In this document: in pieces, positions 1 to 8,843 of the stretch
Layout of the letters: every line of letters starts with the position of its first letter
How positions within the stretch are numbered: the stretch's first letter is position 1
NCBI GenBank assembly: GCA_944326775.1
Contig: CALVFH010000001.1
Location: forward strand, 402-64,401
DNA: 64,000 bases
Reading direction: 5' to 3'
Source of the DNA: an uncultured Parabacteroides sp.
Lineage (GTDB): Bacteria > Bacteroidota > Bacteroidia > Bacteroidales > Tannerellaceae
Made by a program: the position numbers and the translations under genes
The notes under the pieces: model-generated
The model's database searches: none
Told to the model about the DNA's origin: nothing
The model's input: the letters and a program-made list of their open reading frames with translations, nothing else

Positions 1-1674
1 GTAATTCTTACTAATATCTGTTTGCTTGGAGAAATAAGCACTGACCGAGAACGTATTCGGGCGCTTTCCTCCGAACCACGGATCGAGGAAAGAAATACTG
101 TAAGCCTGATAGTAACGACCGTTGGTCTGCCCGGAGAGCGTCAACGTCTGACCTTCGCCCTGAGGGATAATACCCTTGTAAGATTTCGGATTCAGGAAGT
201 TTTTCATGGAGAAGTTGGTAAACTTCAAGCTTAACTTACCAATCACACCGGTTTGTCCCCAGCCGGCAGAGAACTCAATCTGGTCGTTTGCTTTGGATAC
301 CAGGTTATATTCAATATCTACCGTACCATTTTCCGGATCCGGAATCGGACGAGGATTCATATTTTCCGGGTCGAAATGTCCCATCTGGGCCAACTCACGA
401 ATAGAACGAACCAAATCTTCACGGCTGAACAACATACCCGGCTTCGTACGCAATTCACGGCGGACAATATCTTCATACAGACGGTCGTTACCGTTGATGA
501 TAATCCGGTTAATGGTAGCCTGCGGACCTTCCACCATACGAATTTCCAAAGCAATCGAGTCATTATCTACCTCTACCTCCACCGGATCGGCCGTAAAGAA
601 CAGATAACCGTTGTTCAAATAAACATTCGACACCGCATCTTCATCCGTTGTCAAACGCTCTTCCAATTTTTTCTGATTATAAACCTCACCGGCTTTCATG
701 CCAAGAACGGCAGCCAGATAATCAGTAGGATATTTGGTATTCCCCACGAAACGGATGTCTTTCAGGAAATATTGCTGTCCTTCATCAACCGAAAGGTAAA
801 TATCCACCTTCTTTTCGTTGTAGTTAACCACGCTATCGGTCAACAACACCGCATCACGATAGCCATGCTCGTTATATTTGGATATAATGTTTTTCTTATC
901 GTTCTCGTATTCTTCCGTAGTAAACTTCTTTGTACTGAAAGCCTCCAGGATACTCGATTTCCAGTCGTTGAAAAGGTCGAACTTTTCGTTTGTTTTCTTC
1001 ATCGCCTTTTTCAATTCCTGAGCGGAGAGAGCCTTGTTTCCATTAAAATAAATCCGGTGGATCTTTGTCTTTTCATGTTTATCGATATGAATATCGAGTA
1101 TCACCTCTCCTTCATGCGTCAAATCATCTTTCTGGACAATATTGACATCCACATTCTTAAAACCTTTTCCGTCGAAGAAACGCTGGATAAGCGTTTTGGC
1201 ACGATCTACCAGGTTGGGCGTGATCTGAAAACCTTTTCTCAAGCCCAATTTCATTTCCAAGTCTTCACGTTCGCTTTTCTTAATGCCGTAATAGTTTACT
1301 TCCGAAATACGCGGACGTTGTTTCAATTGAATATCCAGCCATATCTGATCGCCCTCAATCTTAGAAGCCAAAATCTTGACGTCAGAAAACAAACCATGTC
1401 GCCAGAAACGTTTTACCGCTGTTGTGATTTCATCTCCCGGAATTGTCACTTCGTCACCAACCGACAAACCGGAAAAGCCAATCAATACGAAATCATCATA
1501 ATTCTTGATACCCGATACCTTTATATCCGCAATTTTATATTTCTTCGGCGATAACGAGTAAGAAATTTCCGGCACTTCCGCCGGCTGTTCAACCTGAGTG
1601 GTATCCGTTTCCTGGGCGAATACGCCACACGCACAACCCAGGAAAAAGGGCAACAACACTATTCCTTTGTACAT
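1..1674 (-). CDS. bamA: Outer membrane protein assembly factor BamA (5' part; runs off the left edge)
   Basis: Hand translation from ATG at 1674: MYKGIVLLPFFLGCACGVFAQETDT...KKYKIADIKVSGIKNYDDFVLIGFSGL (signal peptide plus POTRA-like start); directly downstream of uppS. Absent from the ORF track because it has no stop in the window. Confidence 0.9.
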   Translation of the reverse strand, partial: MYKGIVLLPFFLGCACGVFAQETDTTQVEQPAEVPEISYSLSPKKYKIADIKVSGIKNYDDFVLIGFSGLSVGDEVTIPGDEITTAVKRFWRHGLFSDVKILASKIEGDQIWLDIQLKQRPRISEVNYYGIKKSEREDLEMKLGLRKGFQITPNLVDRAKTLIQRFFDGKGFKNVDVNIVQKDDLTHEGEVILDIHIDKHEKTKIHRIYFNGNKALSAQELKKAMKKTNEKFDLFNDWKSSILEAFSTKKFTTEEYENDKKNIISKYNEHGYRDAVLLTDSVVNYNEKKVDIYLSVDEGQQYFLKDIRFVGNTKYPTDYLAAVLGMKAGEVYNQKKLEERLTTDEDAVSNVYLNNGYLFFTADPVEVEVDNDSIALEIRMVEGPQATINRIIINGNDRLYEDIVRRELRTKPGMLFSREDLVRSIRELAQMGHFDPENMNPRPIPDPENGTVDIEYNLVSKANDQIEFSAGWGQTGVIGKLSLKFTNFSMKNFLNPKSYKGIIPQGEGQTLTLSGQTNGRYYQAYSISFLDPWFGGKRPNTFSVSAYFSKQTDISKNY

Positions 1675-1679
1675 AACAG

Positions 1680-2429
1680 CTATGGTTTATATTTTAACTG
1701 CTCGCTTGTCATACCAAAACGGCGTTCACGTTTCTGATAATACAAGATTGCATCATAAAATTCTTCTTCCCTGAAATCAGGCCAATATATTGGCGTAAAG
1801 TAAAACTCTGCATATGAAAGTTGCCAAAGCAGGAAATTACTCAATCGCTGCTCTCCGCCCGTACGTATCAACAAATCCGGATCGGGCAGCATATTCGTTG
1901 TCAGATGTTGGCTCACCCAATCTTCATCAACCGCATCGGCATTCAAATTGCCGTCGGCAGCTTGACGAACGGCTTGCCGGATAACATCCACAATTTCCCA
2001 ACGCGACGAATAGCTCAAAGCCAAGACCACCGTCGTACCCGTATTTGCCGAAGTTTCCTCGATACATTCCATCAGCGTCCGGTAGGCATCTTCCGGCAAA
2101 CGAGACAAATCGCCGATAGCAGACAGGCGGATATTGTTTTTCATCAGATCGGGTGTTTCGTGTTTGATGGCTGTCACCATCAGACTCATCAGGGCATGAA
2201 CTTCTTCATCCGGACGATGCCAATTCTCCGTTGAGAACGTGTACATCGTCAAATACCTTACGCCCAATGTCTTGGCAGCTTCAACTACTTTGCGTACAGA
2301 AACAACCCCCTCCTGATGGCCCATGTAACGTTCTAACCCTTTTGACTGAGCCCAGCGTCCATTACCATCCATAATAATTGCCACATGCTGCGGCAGACGG
2401 TTCCTATCTATTTGCTCTATCAGCGACAT
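1680..2429 (-). CDS. uppS: Undecaprenyl diphosphate synthase (isoprenyl transferase)
   Basis: [38 protein letters not shown] motifs. Confidence 0.97.
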   Translation of the reverse strand: MSLIEQIDRNRLPQHVAIIMDGNGRWAQSKGLERYMGHQEGVVSVRKVVEAAKTLGVRYLTMYTFSTENWHRPDEEVHALMSLMVTAIKHETPDLMKNNIRLSAIGDLSRLPEDAYRTLMECIEETSANTGTTVVLALSYSSRWEIVDVIRQAVRQAADGNLNADAVDEDWVSQHLTTNMLPDPDLLIRTGGEQRLSNFLLWQLSYAEFYFTPIYWPDFREEEFYDAILYYQKRERRFGMTSEQLKYKP

Positions 2430-2451
2430 TTATATTTTCGTAAATTATATA

Positions 2452-2495
2452 CCTATGGTTTCCGAGTGAGAAACATGATGTTTCCTACTCCCAAA
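2452..2495. repeat. Two degenerate 22-bp GTTT..GAAAC-type units
   Basis: cctatggtttccgagtgagaaa followed by catgatgtttcctactcccaaa; the first unit plus one base matches 48894-48916 at 19/23 positions. Confidence 0.45.
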
Positions 2496-2517
2496 ACACC
2501 TTTTCATTAATCTTTAC

Positions 2518-3237
2518 TCACATATTCCTTATATTGTTACAAGGCCGACATTTGGGCCCAAAACTCCAAGTTACCGAAAGTGTCAGGAACGAATACCAAT
2601 CCTTATTCTTCAAGAAGCTACTTGTAATGCCATACGGATCTTCCAACATGGCATTATCCCCACCCGTCACGTCCAGTTTATCGCTGAACACCTTGCGGAT
2701 TGAGAACTCGCATCCCAAATTCAAACGACTGGTCAGTTTATATTTCAATCCTACACCTGCCGGAATATTGAATGCCGCAACGGTTTGTCCTCCTACAGCC
2801 ATAGTCATTCCTATACCCAAGAAAGCATATGGCGAAAGACGTTTCGCATTCCGATATACATAATGGTCACTATACGGCATGAAGTTAAACTCCATTTGTG
2901 CTCCTACATCAACCAGACTTCGGCTAAACGATGCTTGCCCACCGTTAGGGAATACATTCTCCAAACCTTCCGTACTTCCCGAGATTCGAGCCCACGTCAG
3001 GTTTGTTTTCAAAGCCCAACGCAGGTTCGGCGTATAACGAAACACGCCCCCTACGGCCGGATTCATTCCTTTAAAGACCGTATTTTTATTTACATCACCC
3101 ATGTAAAAAGCGCCACCCGCCATACCGCCTATTTCAAAACGGTAATCCTCAGCCTCGCTTTGCTGAGCCCGGGCCGCCACTATCACACCGGTCAATACCA
3201 ACAATCCTATGATGCGCCGAAAGAAATGTTTTCCCAT
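2518..3237 (-). CDS. DUF6089 / PorG-like outer-membrane beta-barrel protein
   Basis: Signal peptide, EIGGMAGGAFYMGD N-terminus, KDWYSF C-terminal strand, position upstream of uppS-bamA. Confidence 0.7.
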   Translation of the reverse strand: MGKHFFRRIIGLLVLTGVIVAARAQQSEAEDYRFEIGGMAGGAFYMGDVNKNTVFKGMNPAVGGVFRYTPNLRWALKTNLTWARISGSTEGLENVFPNGGQASFSRSLVDVGAQMEFNFMPYSDHYVYRNAKRLSPYAFLGIGMTMAVGGQTVAAFNIPAGVGLKYKLTSRLNLGCEFSIRKVFSDKLDVTGGDNAMLEDPYGITSSFLKNKDWYSFLTLSVTWSFGPKCRPCNNIRNM

Positions 3238-3290
3238 AACTATGCTTAGTTTGTGCTCTATATTTCTATTCTAACGCAAAACGATTGTCC

Positions 3291-4664
3291 TTATTGTCTT
3301 TCAAATCCCAAACGATTGACACGTCCGCGCCACATTTCGTTCAGGACTGATGCTGTTTTTGCCGTCTTCCCTCCAAAGATACATAAATAGTTTTCTTTGT
3401 CAACTAACATCGAAGCAAAACCTCGCGCTGCAAAATTCTCGGGTAAAACTACCAACGAATCCATACGCGACCAAGTAATGCCGTGGTCAATAGACAAATA
3501 AATATCTTTCGAAGGTTTTCCGGATTCATTCATTCCGCCTATCAGATAAAACTTGTCATCATAATACGCCATATTGGCTCCTTCCTTTTTCTCGAAATAC
3601 GTCCTACTGGCGTCTGTCAAATTCGCCCACGTCCGTGCGTCCATCGTTGACCACGTCGTGTTAACCAGCTGATTACCTGCCGTACGTCCACCGGCTATAA
3701 TCAGACGTTCCCGATACATCAAATCCATATCGGAAGAAGCAAAACCACTTATCGGAAAATCAGAAGAGACTTCCGCTCCAACTGTCCAGACACCTGTGGT
3801 ATCCAAAGCAGCAAAAGACAACCGACCATTATCCTCAATCACCGTTGCCAATACGGCCGGCTGATTCACACTGCTCTTCAAGCCTCCTAAAACGGCTTTT
3901 ACGACCGGAGTCCCTTCTACTTTACGCCATGTCACCTGATCGTCCGAAACATATAAAGAACCATCGGAAGCCGGTACATACAATTGGTTGTTGAATGCAG
4001 ACAACTGTTCCAGCACCAGACCCTCTGAAGGCAAACCGGAAAGAGCCGCCTCTGTCCATTGATCCGGTGAATCCATAGAAGCCGTATATAACCAATAAGA
4101 GCGAGATGCCGCCGGTCGAGCATACATCAGATAAGTATCTTCTGTTCCCGTATATTTATTTGTAAGCACTTTCATATCATTCATCGGTTGGGAGAACAAC
4201 TGGTCTGAATATAAAGTCCACACCAATGAATCCGGGACCTGTGTATGAATATTAATCCATGCATCGTACGTGCGAGTTATCGACCCCCCTGTATAGAGAA
4301 GAATCTTAACCGGTTTGGAAAAATCCACCGAATCCTCTTCCGAATAATCAATTGTATCGCCCGTTGCTTCCTGATAAAAGCGAGCTCCCGTAGCCGCAGA
4401 ACCATAAGTAAGTGAGCTCAAAACCTTCTCAATCTTTGTATCCACCGGCATAGAATCCAGATTAAAGACAGAGTTACTCAATTGATCTATTGTAAATTTC
4501 ACATCTGACAAACCTTCAACAGAATCGCTATTCAAGGAAAAGCTCAGTAACTGGTTGTTCAAGCTCACTTCATAGATATATTCATTAGACGAGCCCAAAC
4601 AAGATGTCAGCAGCACTATAAAGCTTCCAAAGAACAATACAACCTTATTTTTCATCAACAACAT
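3291..4664 (-). CDS. DUF6242-like lipoprotein with C-terminal kelch/beta-propeller repeats
   Basis: Lipobox LLTSC; repeated IIAGG/YLIGG/IFGG kelch-type motifs; position next to ribD. Confidence 0.7.
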   Translation of the reverse strand: MLLMKNKVVLFFGSFIVLLTSCLGSSNEYIYEVSLNNQLLSFSLNSDSVEGLSDVKFTIDQLSNSVFNLDSMPVDTKIEKVLSSLTYGSAATGARFYQEATGDTIDYSEEDSVDFSKPVKILLYTGGSITRTYDAWINIHTQVPDSLVWTLYSDQLFSQPMNDMKVLTNKYTGTEDTYLMYARPAASRSYWLYTASMDSPDQWTEAALSGLPSEGLVLEQLSAFNNQLYVPASDGSLYVSDDQVTWRKVEGTPVVKAVLGGLKSSVNQPAVLATVIEDNGRLSFAALDTTGVWTVGAEVSSDFPISGFASSDMDLMYRERLIIAGGRTAGNQLVNTTWSTMDARTWANLTDASRTYFEKKEGANMAYYDDKFYLIGGMNESGKPSKDIYLSIDHGITWSRMDSLVVLPENFAARGFASMLVDKENYLCIFGGKTAKTASVLNEMWRGRVNRLGFERQ

Positions 4665-4685
4665 AGTTTGTTACATATTAAGCCA

Positions 4686-4693
4686 CAAATGTA
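4686..4693 (-). promoter_or_regulatory. Bacteroidetes -7 promoter element (TACATTTG) for the DUF6242-uppS-bamA unit
   Basis: Matches TAnnTTTG about 20 nt upstream of the start codon. Confidence 0.6.
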
Positions 4694-4721
4694 GGAACAT
4701 TTTTTTCTTTCCAAGTCATCT

Positions 4722-5798
4722 TCACAAAGATTTAGAATATTTATCCTCAACATTCATACGTCTGTTGCGATAAACATTGATCTGTTGCAGACCACAAAAT
4801 ACCGTTTCCTCACAGCATCCTCTTAAAGATGGAGCCTCAACACCTGTCTGTAACAGGACTGGAGCCGTCTCAACCACGGCCTCATCCCAAAGTCCGGAAT
4901 CCAAGAAACTATTTAGCAAGATACACCCTCCCTCTACCAATAAAGAATTCAATTTACGGGCATATAACTCATTCAATACCTGCGATAGGACATCTGCCTC
5001 AAAATCAATCTTCACATAGGTTACATGCTTCTGATTTTCCTTCTCGCAAGTCGTAAAAACAAGCGTCGGAATCGTTCCATCCAACAGATGATTCGTAGCC
5101 GGAATGCACAATTCCCGATCAAGCACGACACGTACCGGTGAATTACCAGCCCAATAACGCACCGAAAGAGACGGGTCATCGAGCAAAGCCGTATGAGTTC
5201 CAACCATGATTGCAGCCGATGAAGCACGCAACTTATGCACCCGAACTTGAGTTTCCGGAGTAGAAAAAACTACCGGAGGTTCTTCCCGGGATTGCCGCAC
5301 CCTGTCGATAAATCCATCCCGACTCTGAGCCCATTTCAAACGAATATACGGACGGTGTTCCATCTGAACCGTCATAAACGGACGATTCAATGTCCAAGCT
5401 TCCCGTTCCAATACCCCCGTTACTACTTCAATCCCAGCATCACGCAACATCCTGACGCCACGCCCCGATACAGAAGGGAAAGGATCCAGACAACCAACTA
5501 CTACCCGAGGAATGCCTTTCCGAATTATCAATTCAGCACAAGGAGGCGTTTTACCATAATGCGAACAAGGTTCCAAACTGACATAAAGAGTAGATTCCCG
5601 AAGCAATGAAGCATCACGTACCGACGCAATCGCATTAACTTCGGCATGTCCTTCACCACACTTTCTGTGATACCCTTCACCTATAATTTTTCCATTGTGG
5701 ACCACTACGGCTCCAACCATAGGGTTCGGCTCCGTATGTCCAACCCCACAACGTGCCAATTCCAGGCAACGCCTCATATATTTTTCTTCTATTTCCAT
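4722..5798 (-). CDS. ribD: Bifunctional riboflavin biosynthesis deaminase/reductase
   Basis: PNPMVG, HAE, LEPCSHYGKTPPC zinc motifs, LVEGG; start placed at MEIEEKYM. Confidence 0.96.
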   Translation of the reverse strand: MEIEEKYMRRCLELARCGVGHTEPNPMVGAVVVHNGKIIGEGYHRKCGEGHAEVNAIASVRDASLLRESTLYVSLEPCSHYGKTPPCAELIIRKGIPRVVVGCLDPFPSVSGRGVRMLRDAGIEVVTGVLEREAWTLNRPFMTVQMEHRPYIRLKWAQSRDGFIDRVRQSREEPPVVFSTPETQVRVHKLRASSAAIMVGTHTALLDDPSLSVRYWAGNSPVRVVLDRELCIPATNHLLDGTIPTLVFTTCEKENQKHVTYVKIDFEADVLSQVLNELYARKLNSLLVEGGCILLNSFLDSGLWDEAVVETAPVLLQTGVEAPSLRGCCEETVFCGLQQINVYRNRRMNVEDKYSKSL

Positions 5799-5818
5799 CC
5801 TTTTATTATAGTAACCAC

Positions 5819-6943
5819 CTATGGGCAAAATTTAATATGTAAAACAACGATTTCAGAAAGAGTCCCTACCCGATACGGCGGACCGGCACAACCTACTCCG
5901 GAAGAAACATAATGCTGAGTCGGTCCTTTCCGGTAATAACCATAAGGACATTCATAAATAAACTTCATAACCAAAGGATAAGGCCAAAGCTGCCCGTTGT
6001 GAGTATGCCCATGTAACCCTAAATCGATACCCAACATCCTCATCTCGCTAAAACTCCATGGCTGATGGTCAAGTACAATGGTTGGAAGTGTCGTATCTTT
6101 TCCTGCAATCAGTTCATGCAAGGCTTTTCGTTTCTTATTGACAAAATCATCACGCCCTATCAGCAAAAAAGTGGAATCGGGGCTGGCCACCGAATCTATC
6201 AGCAACGTACCAACCTTGCGCAGCCATTTTCGTTTGGCATGGATATTCGCCCGATATTCATGATTCCCGTTTACAATAAATACGCCCAAGGGAGCATCCA
6301 ACCGTCGCAAATCATCTTCGATATGCGCATTTTCTGCCCAACGCGATTCATAATCCATAATATCACCGACCAACACTACCAATTCCGGATGCTGGGCATT
6401 ACAAAGAGACACTTGTTTCTGCACCAAAGGCTTTTGGATTACTTCGCCAATATGCAAATCACTCATCATCACAATACGGAGACTATCGCGAGAGCTGCTC
6501 CCCTTTGGCACAGAAAGATAAACATGCTTCACAACAGGATTCATCACCGTCCGATAAGCATGAACCATCAGACAAACATCTCCTATAATAAACAACACAA
6601 ACAAAACGCGTTTGACAAGCAACATGTTTTGCCGGATAAAAGCTGGGAACCAATGGAAAAAGCGATCTCCCAGACGAAGCAATTCCAGAAATACCAGGCC
6701 AATAGTCAAATAAAGCGATGCGATATACCAGGTATTGCAAAGCATCATCAACGGAAGCATGACAGCATCCGGCAAATCATTGCGAAAGAAATAACCAAAA
6801 AGGAAGATGCCAACTTCCAAAATAAAAAAAAGCAGATATGGAATCCGCCACGCGCGACGAGCCGGAACTGCCGAATAGCCACGCCACGCCACATAGGCCG
6901 TCAACAATATCTGCCCGTAAATGGATTGTATGAAGACTTTCAC
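5819..6943 (-). CDS. Membrane-anchored calcineurin-like metallophosphoesterase
   Basis: N-terminal hydrophobic helices; SDLH, GD, GNHE, HQP, GHTH motifs. Confidence 0.88.
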   Translation of the reverse strand: MKVFIQSIYGQILLTAYVAWRGYSAVPARRAWRIPYLLFFILEVGIFLFGYFFRNDLPDAVMLPLMMLCNTWYIASLYLTIGLVFLELLRLGDRFFHWFPAFIRQNMLLVKRVLFVLFIIGDVCLMVHAYRTVMNPVVKHVYLSVPKGSSSRDSLRIVMMSDLHIGEVIQKPLVQKQVSLCNAQHPELVVLVGDIMDYESRWAENAHIEDDLRRLDAPLGVFIVNGNHEYRANIHAKRKWLRKVGTLLIDSVASPDSTFLLIGRDDFVNKKRKALHELIAGKDTTLPTIVLDHQPWSFSEMRMLGIDLGLHGHTHNGQLWPYPLVMKFIYECPYGYYRKGPTQHYVSSGVGCAGPPYRVGTLSEIVVLHIKFCP

Positions 6944-8028
6944 TATTTATTGTCTTTATTAGATTTCAGTTGGAAAACCACCAATTCGCTATCTGTTCCT
7001 ATCCGGAAAGGTGGTCCCCATAGAGATAAGCCGGAAGAAACATAGATCTGGCTTCCGCCTATCATCCTGTAGCCATAACTCAACTCAAAAATCCGATCGG
7101 TCAGCCAAGTCAGCGGCCAAATTTGCCCATGATGAGTATGCCCGCTAAATTGAAAGTCGATGCCGCAACGCGCTGTTTCCTGTAAATCGTAAGGTTGATG
7201 GTCCAACAACAGAACGGGGCGCGACGTATCTATTTGGAATGCTGAAAGAGGAATCCTTGAACGGTTACTCCGGTCATCTCGTCCAATCAGTTGAATTCCG
7301 TCTGGTAATTGGGCTATCGAATCACGCAACAGATGAATCTGGGTCCGACGGATAAACTGATCGCAGGCACTGGCTCCTGCAAAATAATCGTGATTGCCCG
7401 GAACCATATAAACACCCATCGGCGCTTGAATCCGATTCAGTTCGTCCTGCATCCGTTCTTGCCAAAGGGGAGTTATATCATGGTCTATCAGATCACCACC
7501 TATCAAAACCAAATCCGGATGCTGGGCATTCATAAGGCGGACATATTCCGCAAGCTGCTGTTTCCCTGTCCCGTATCCCAAATGCACATCACTCACAGCC
7601 ACAATCGTCAACGGATGTTCAAGCGGTTTGTCAAGTACAATATCCAGAGTCCGCACCGTCGGATGTTTATAATGATAATAGCCATAGCACAACGTCACGA
7701 GTACCAACCCCAGCACAATCCAGAAACTTCCCTTTATCCGCAGACGGAACAAACGCAATACATCGACTACCAAAAGCGCCAATACCATATATAAGGTAAA
7801 GACCAGCCAAGCTGTCCCGACCTGATGCAGAAACCGGAGAAGAAACAGCGGAGAAGACGCACTATGCCACAAGAACTCCGGAAAAAAGGAAAGTGCACCA
7901 CCCCAGAACACAACGGCCAGCAGCACTTTCCATCCCTTCGACAGCGGCTTTAATGCCCGGCAGCCATGCCAAAAAACATACGCATTGCCGAGCAGATACA
8001 AGACAGGAACTAACGCAAAAAGGCTCAT
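6943..8028 (-). CDS. Membrane-anchored calcineurin-like metallophosphoesterase (paralog)
   Basis: N-terminal hydrophobic helices; SDVH, GGDLID, GNHD, HQP, SGHTH motifs. Confidence 0.88.
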   Translation of the reverse strand: MSLFALVPVLYLLGNAYVFWHGCRALKPLSKGWKVLLAVVFWGGALSFFPEFLWHSASSPLFLLRFLHQVGTAWLVFTLYMVLALLVVDVLRLFRLRIKGSFWIVLGLVLVTLCYGYYHYKHPTVRTLDIVLDKPLEHPLTIVAVSDVHLGYGTGKQQLAEYVRLMNAQHPDLVLIGGDLIDHDITPLWQERMQDELNRIQAPMGVYMVPGNHDYFAGASACDQFIRRTQIHLLRDSIAQLPDGIQLIGRDDRSNRSRIPLSAFQIDTSRPVLLLDHQPYDLQETARCGIDFQFSGHTHHGQIWPLTWLTDRIFELSYGYRMIGGSQIYVSSGLSLWGPPFRIGTDSELVVFQLKSNKDNK

Positions 8029-8663
8029 TTCGGATAGCCCACCGGATTATTCAACATCGGGACTTGCGTATCATTCAGTTTCAGCAATTCTTTCAGACCT
8101 TTCTGATCCATGGAAGCTCGCGGAACCGTAGAAAGTCCCACACCGGCACAGAAGAGATTGATATTTTGCGAGACAATACCGGCATCGGCAGCCCCGACCG
8201 TCCGCGAATGTTCATCTGCACCCCCGAACTTAGACAAATCGGCAACCATCAACAAGGAGACAGGAGCAGAAAGTACAAAGTCCTGCGCCCCGGCAATCAA
8301 ATTCCGATGGTCTCCCGACGCAACCGGCTGCAAGGTATTCTGGAAAGCATCGTATTTATAAACTCCGTCTTTGGTAAAGACATACAAATCTATTTCCTGC
8401 TTGTTCATGGCCGAGGGAGCCGTACGTTTTTTCTCGCCCGGACGGTTCACCCCGTTGGCAGCCCAAAGAAGATCCGACAAATCCTGAAGGCTCAACTCCT
8501 TCGTATCGAAGACACGGTCGGAATGACGCTCGCGCAGGCTCATCATGATGGATTTACCGCGGTCGGCACTGGGGGTATTCAACTGGATTGTGCTCAAATC
8601 CTGAGCAGAAACCGAGGCGGCAGCCAACAGACCGACGCCAAATGCTAAAAGTTGCTTTTTCAT
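8025..8663 (-). CDS. Nitroreductase-fold (SagB/ThcOx-like) protein with signal peptide
   Basis: RHSDRVF, LSDLLWAANG, RTAPSA, SQNINLFC motifs; start moved to MKKQLL because a TATTTTTG promoter lies at about 8690-8697. Confidence 0.8.
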   Translation of the reverse strand: MKKQLLAFGVGLLAAASVSAQDLSTIQLNTPSADRGKSIMMSLRERHSDRVFDTKELSLQDLSDLLWAANGVNRPGEKKRTAPSAMNKQEIDLYVFTKDGVYKYDAFQNTLQPVASGDHRNLIAGAQDFVLSAPVSLLMVADLSKFGGADEHSRTVGAADAGIVSQNINLFCAGVGLSTVPRASMDQKGLKELLKLNDTQVPMLNNPVGYPK

Positions 8664-8843
8664 AATCATCTCAATTAAATATTTAGCGCAAAAATAGGAC
8701 ATTCTCTTATTGTTCCACAGAAAAACGGCGCTTTTTATAATTTCTTAAAAGAGAAATCAGACTCGCCATTAAACGAATAAGCTGCACTTGCGTCTTGTTT
8801 GTGTGTAACAAGACATATTGATGATTTTAAACGTGTGAGATTG

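Noticed and set aside
253-1554. 433-aa plus-strand ORF
   Set aside because: Antisense shadow of bamA; no recognisable motifs.
8025-8663. SagB-like gene as part of a thiazole/oxazole RiPP cluster
   Set aside because: No YcaO cyclodehydratase or precursor nearby, and the protein carries a signal peptide.
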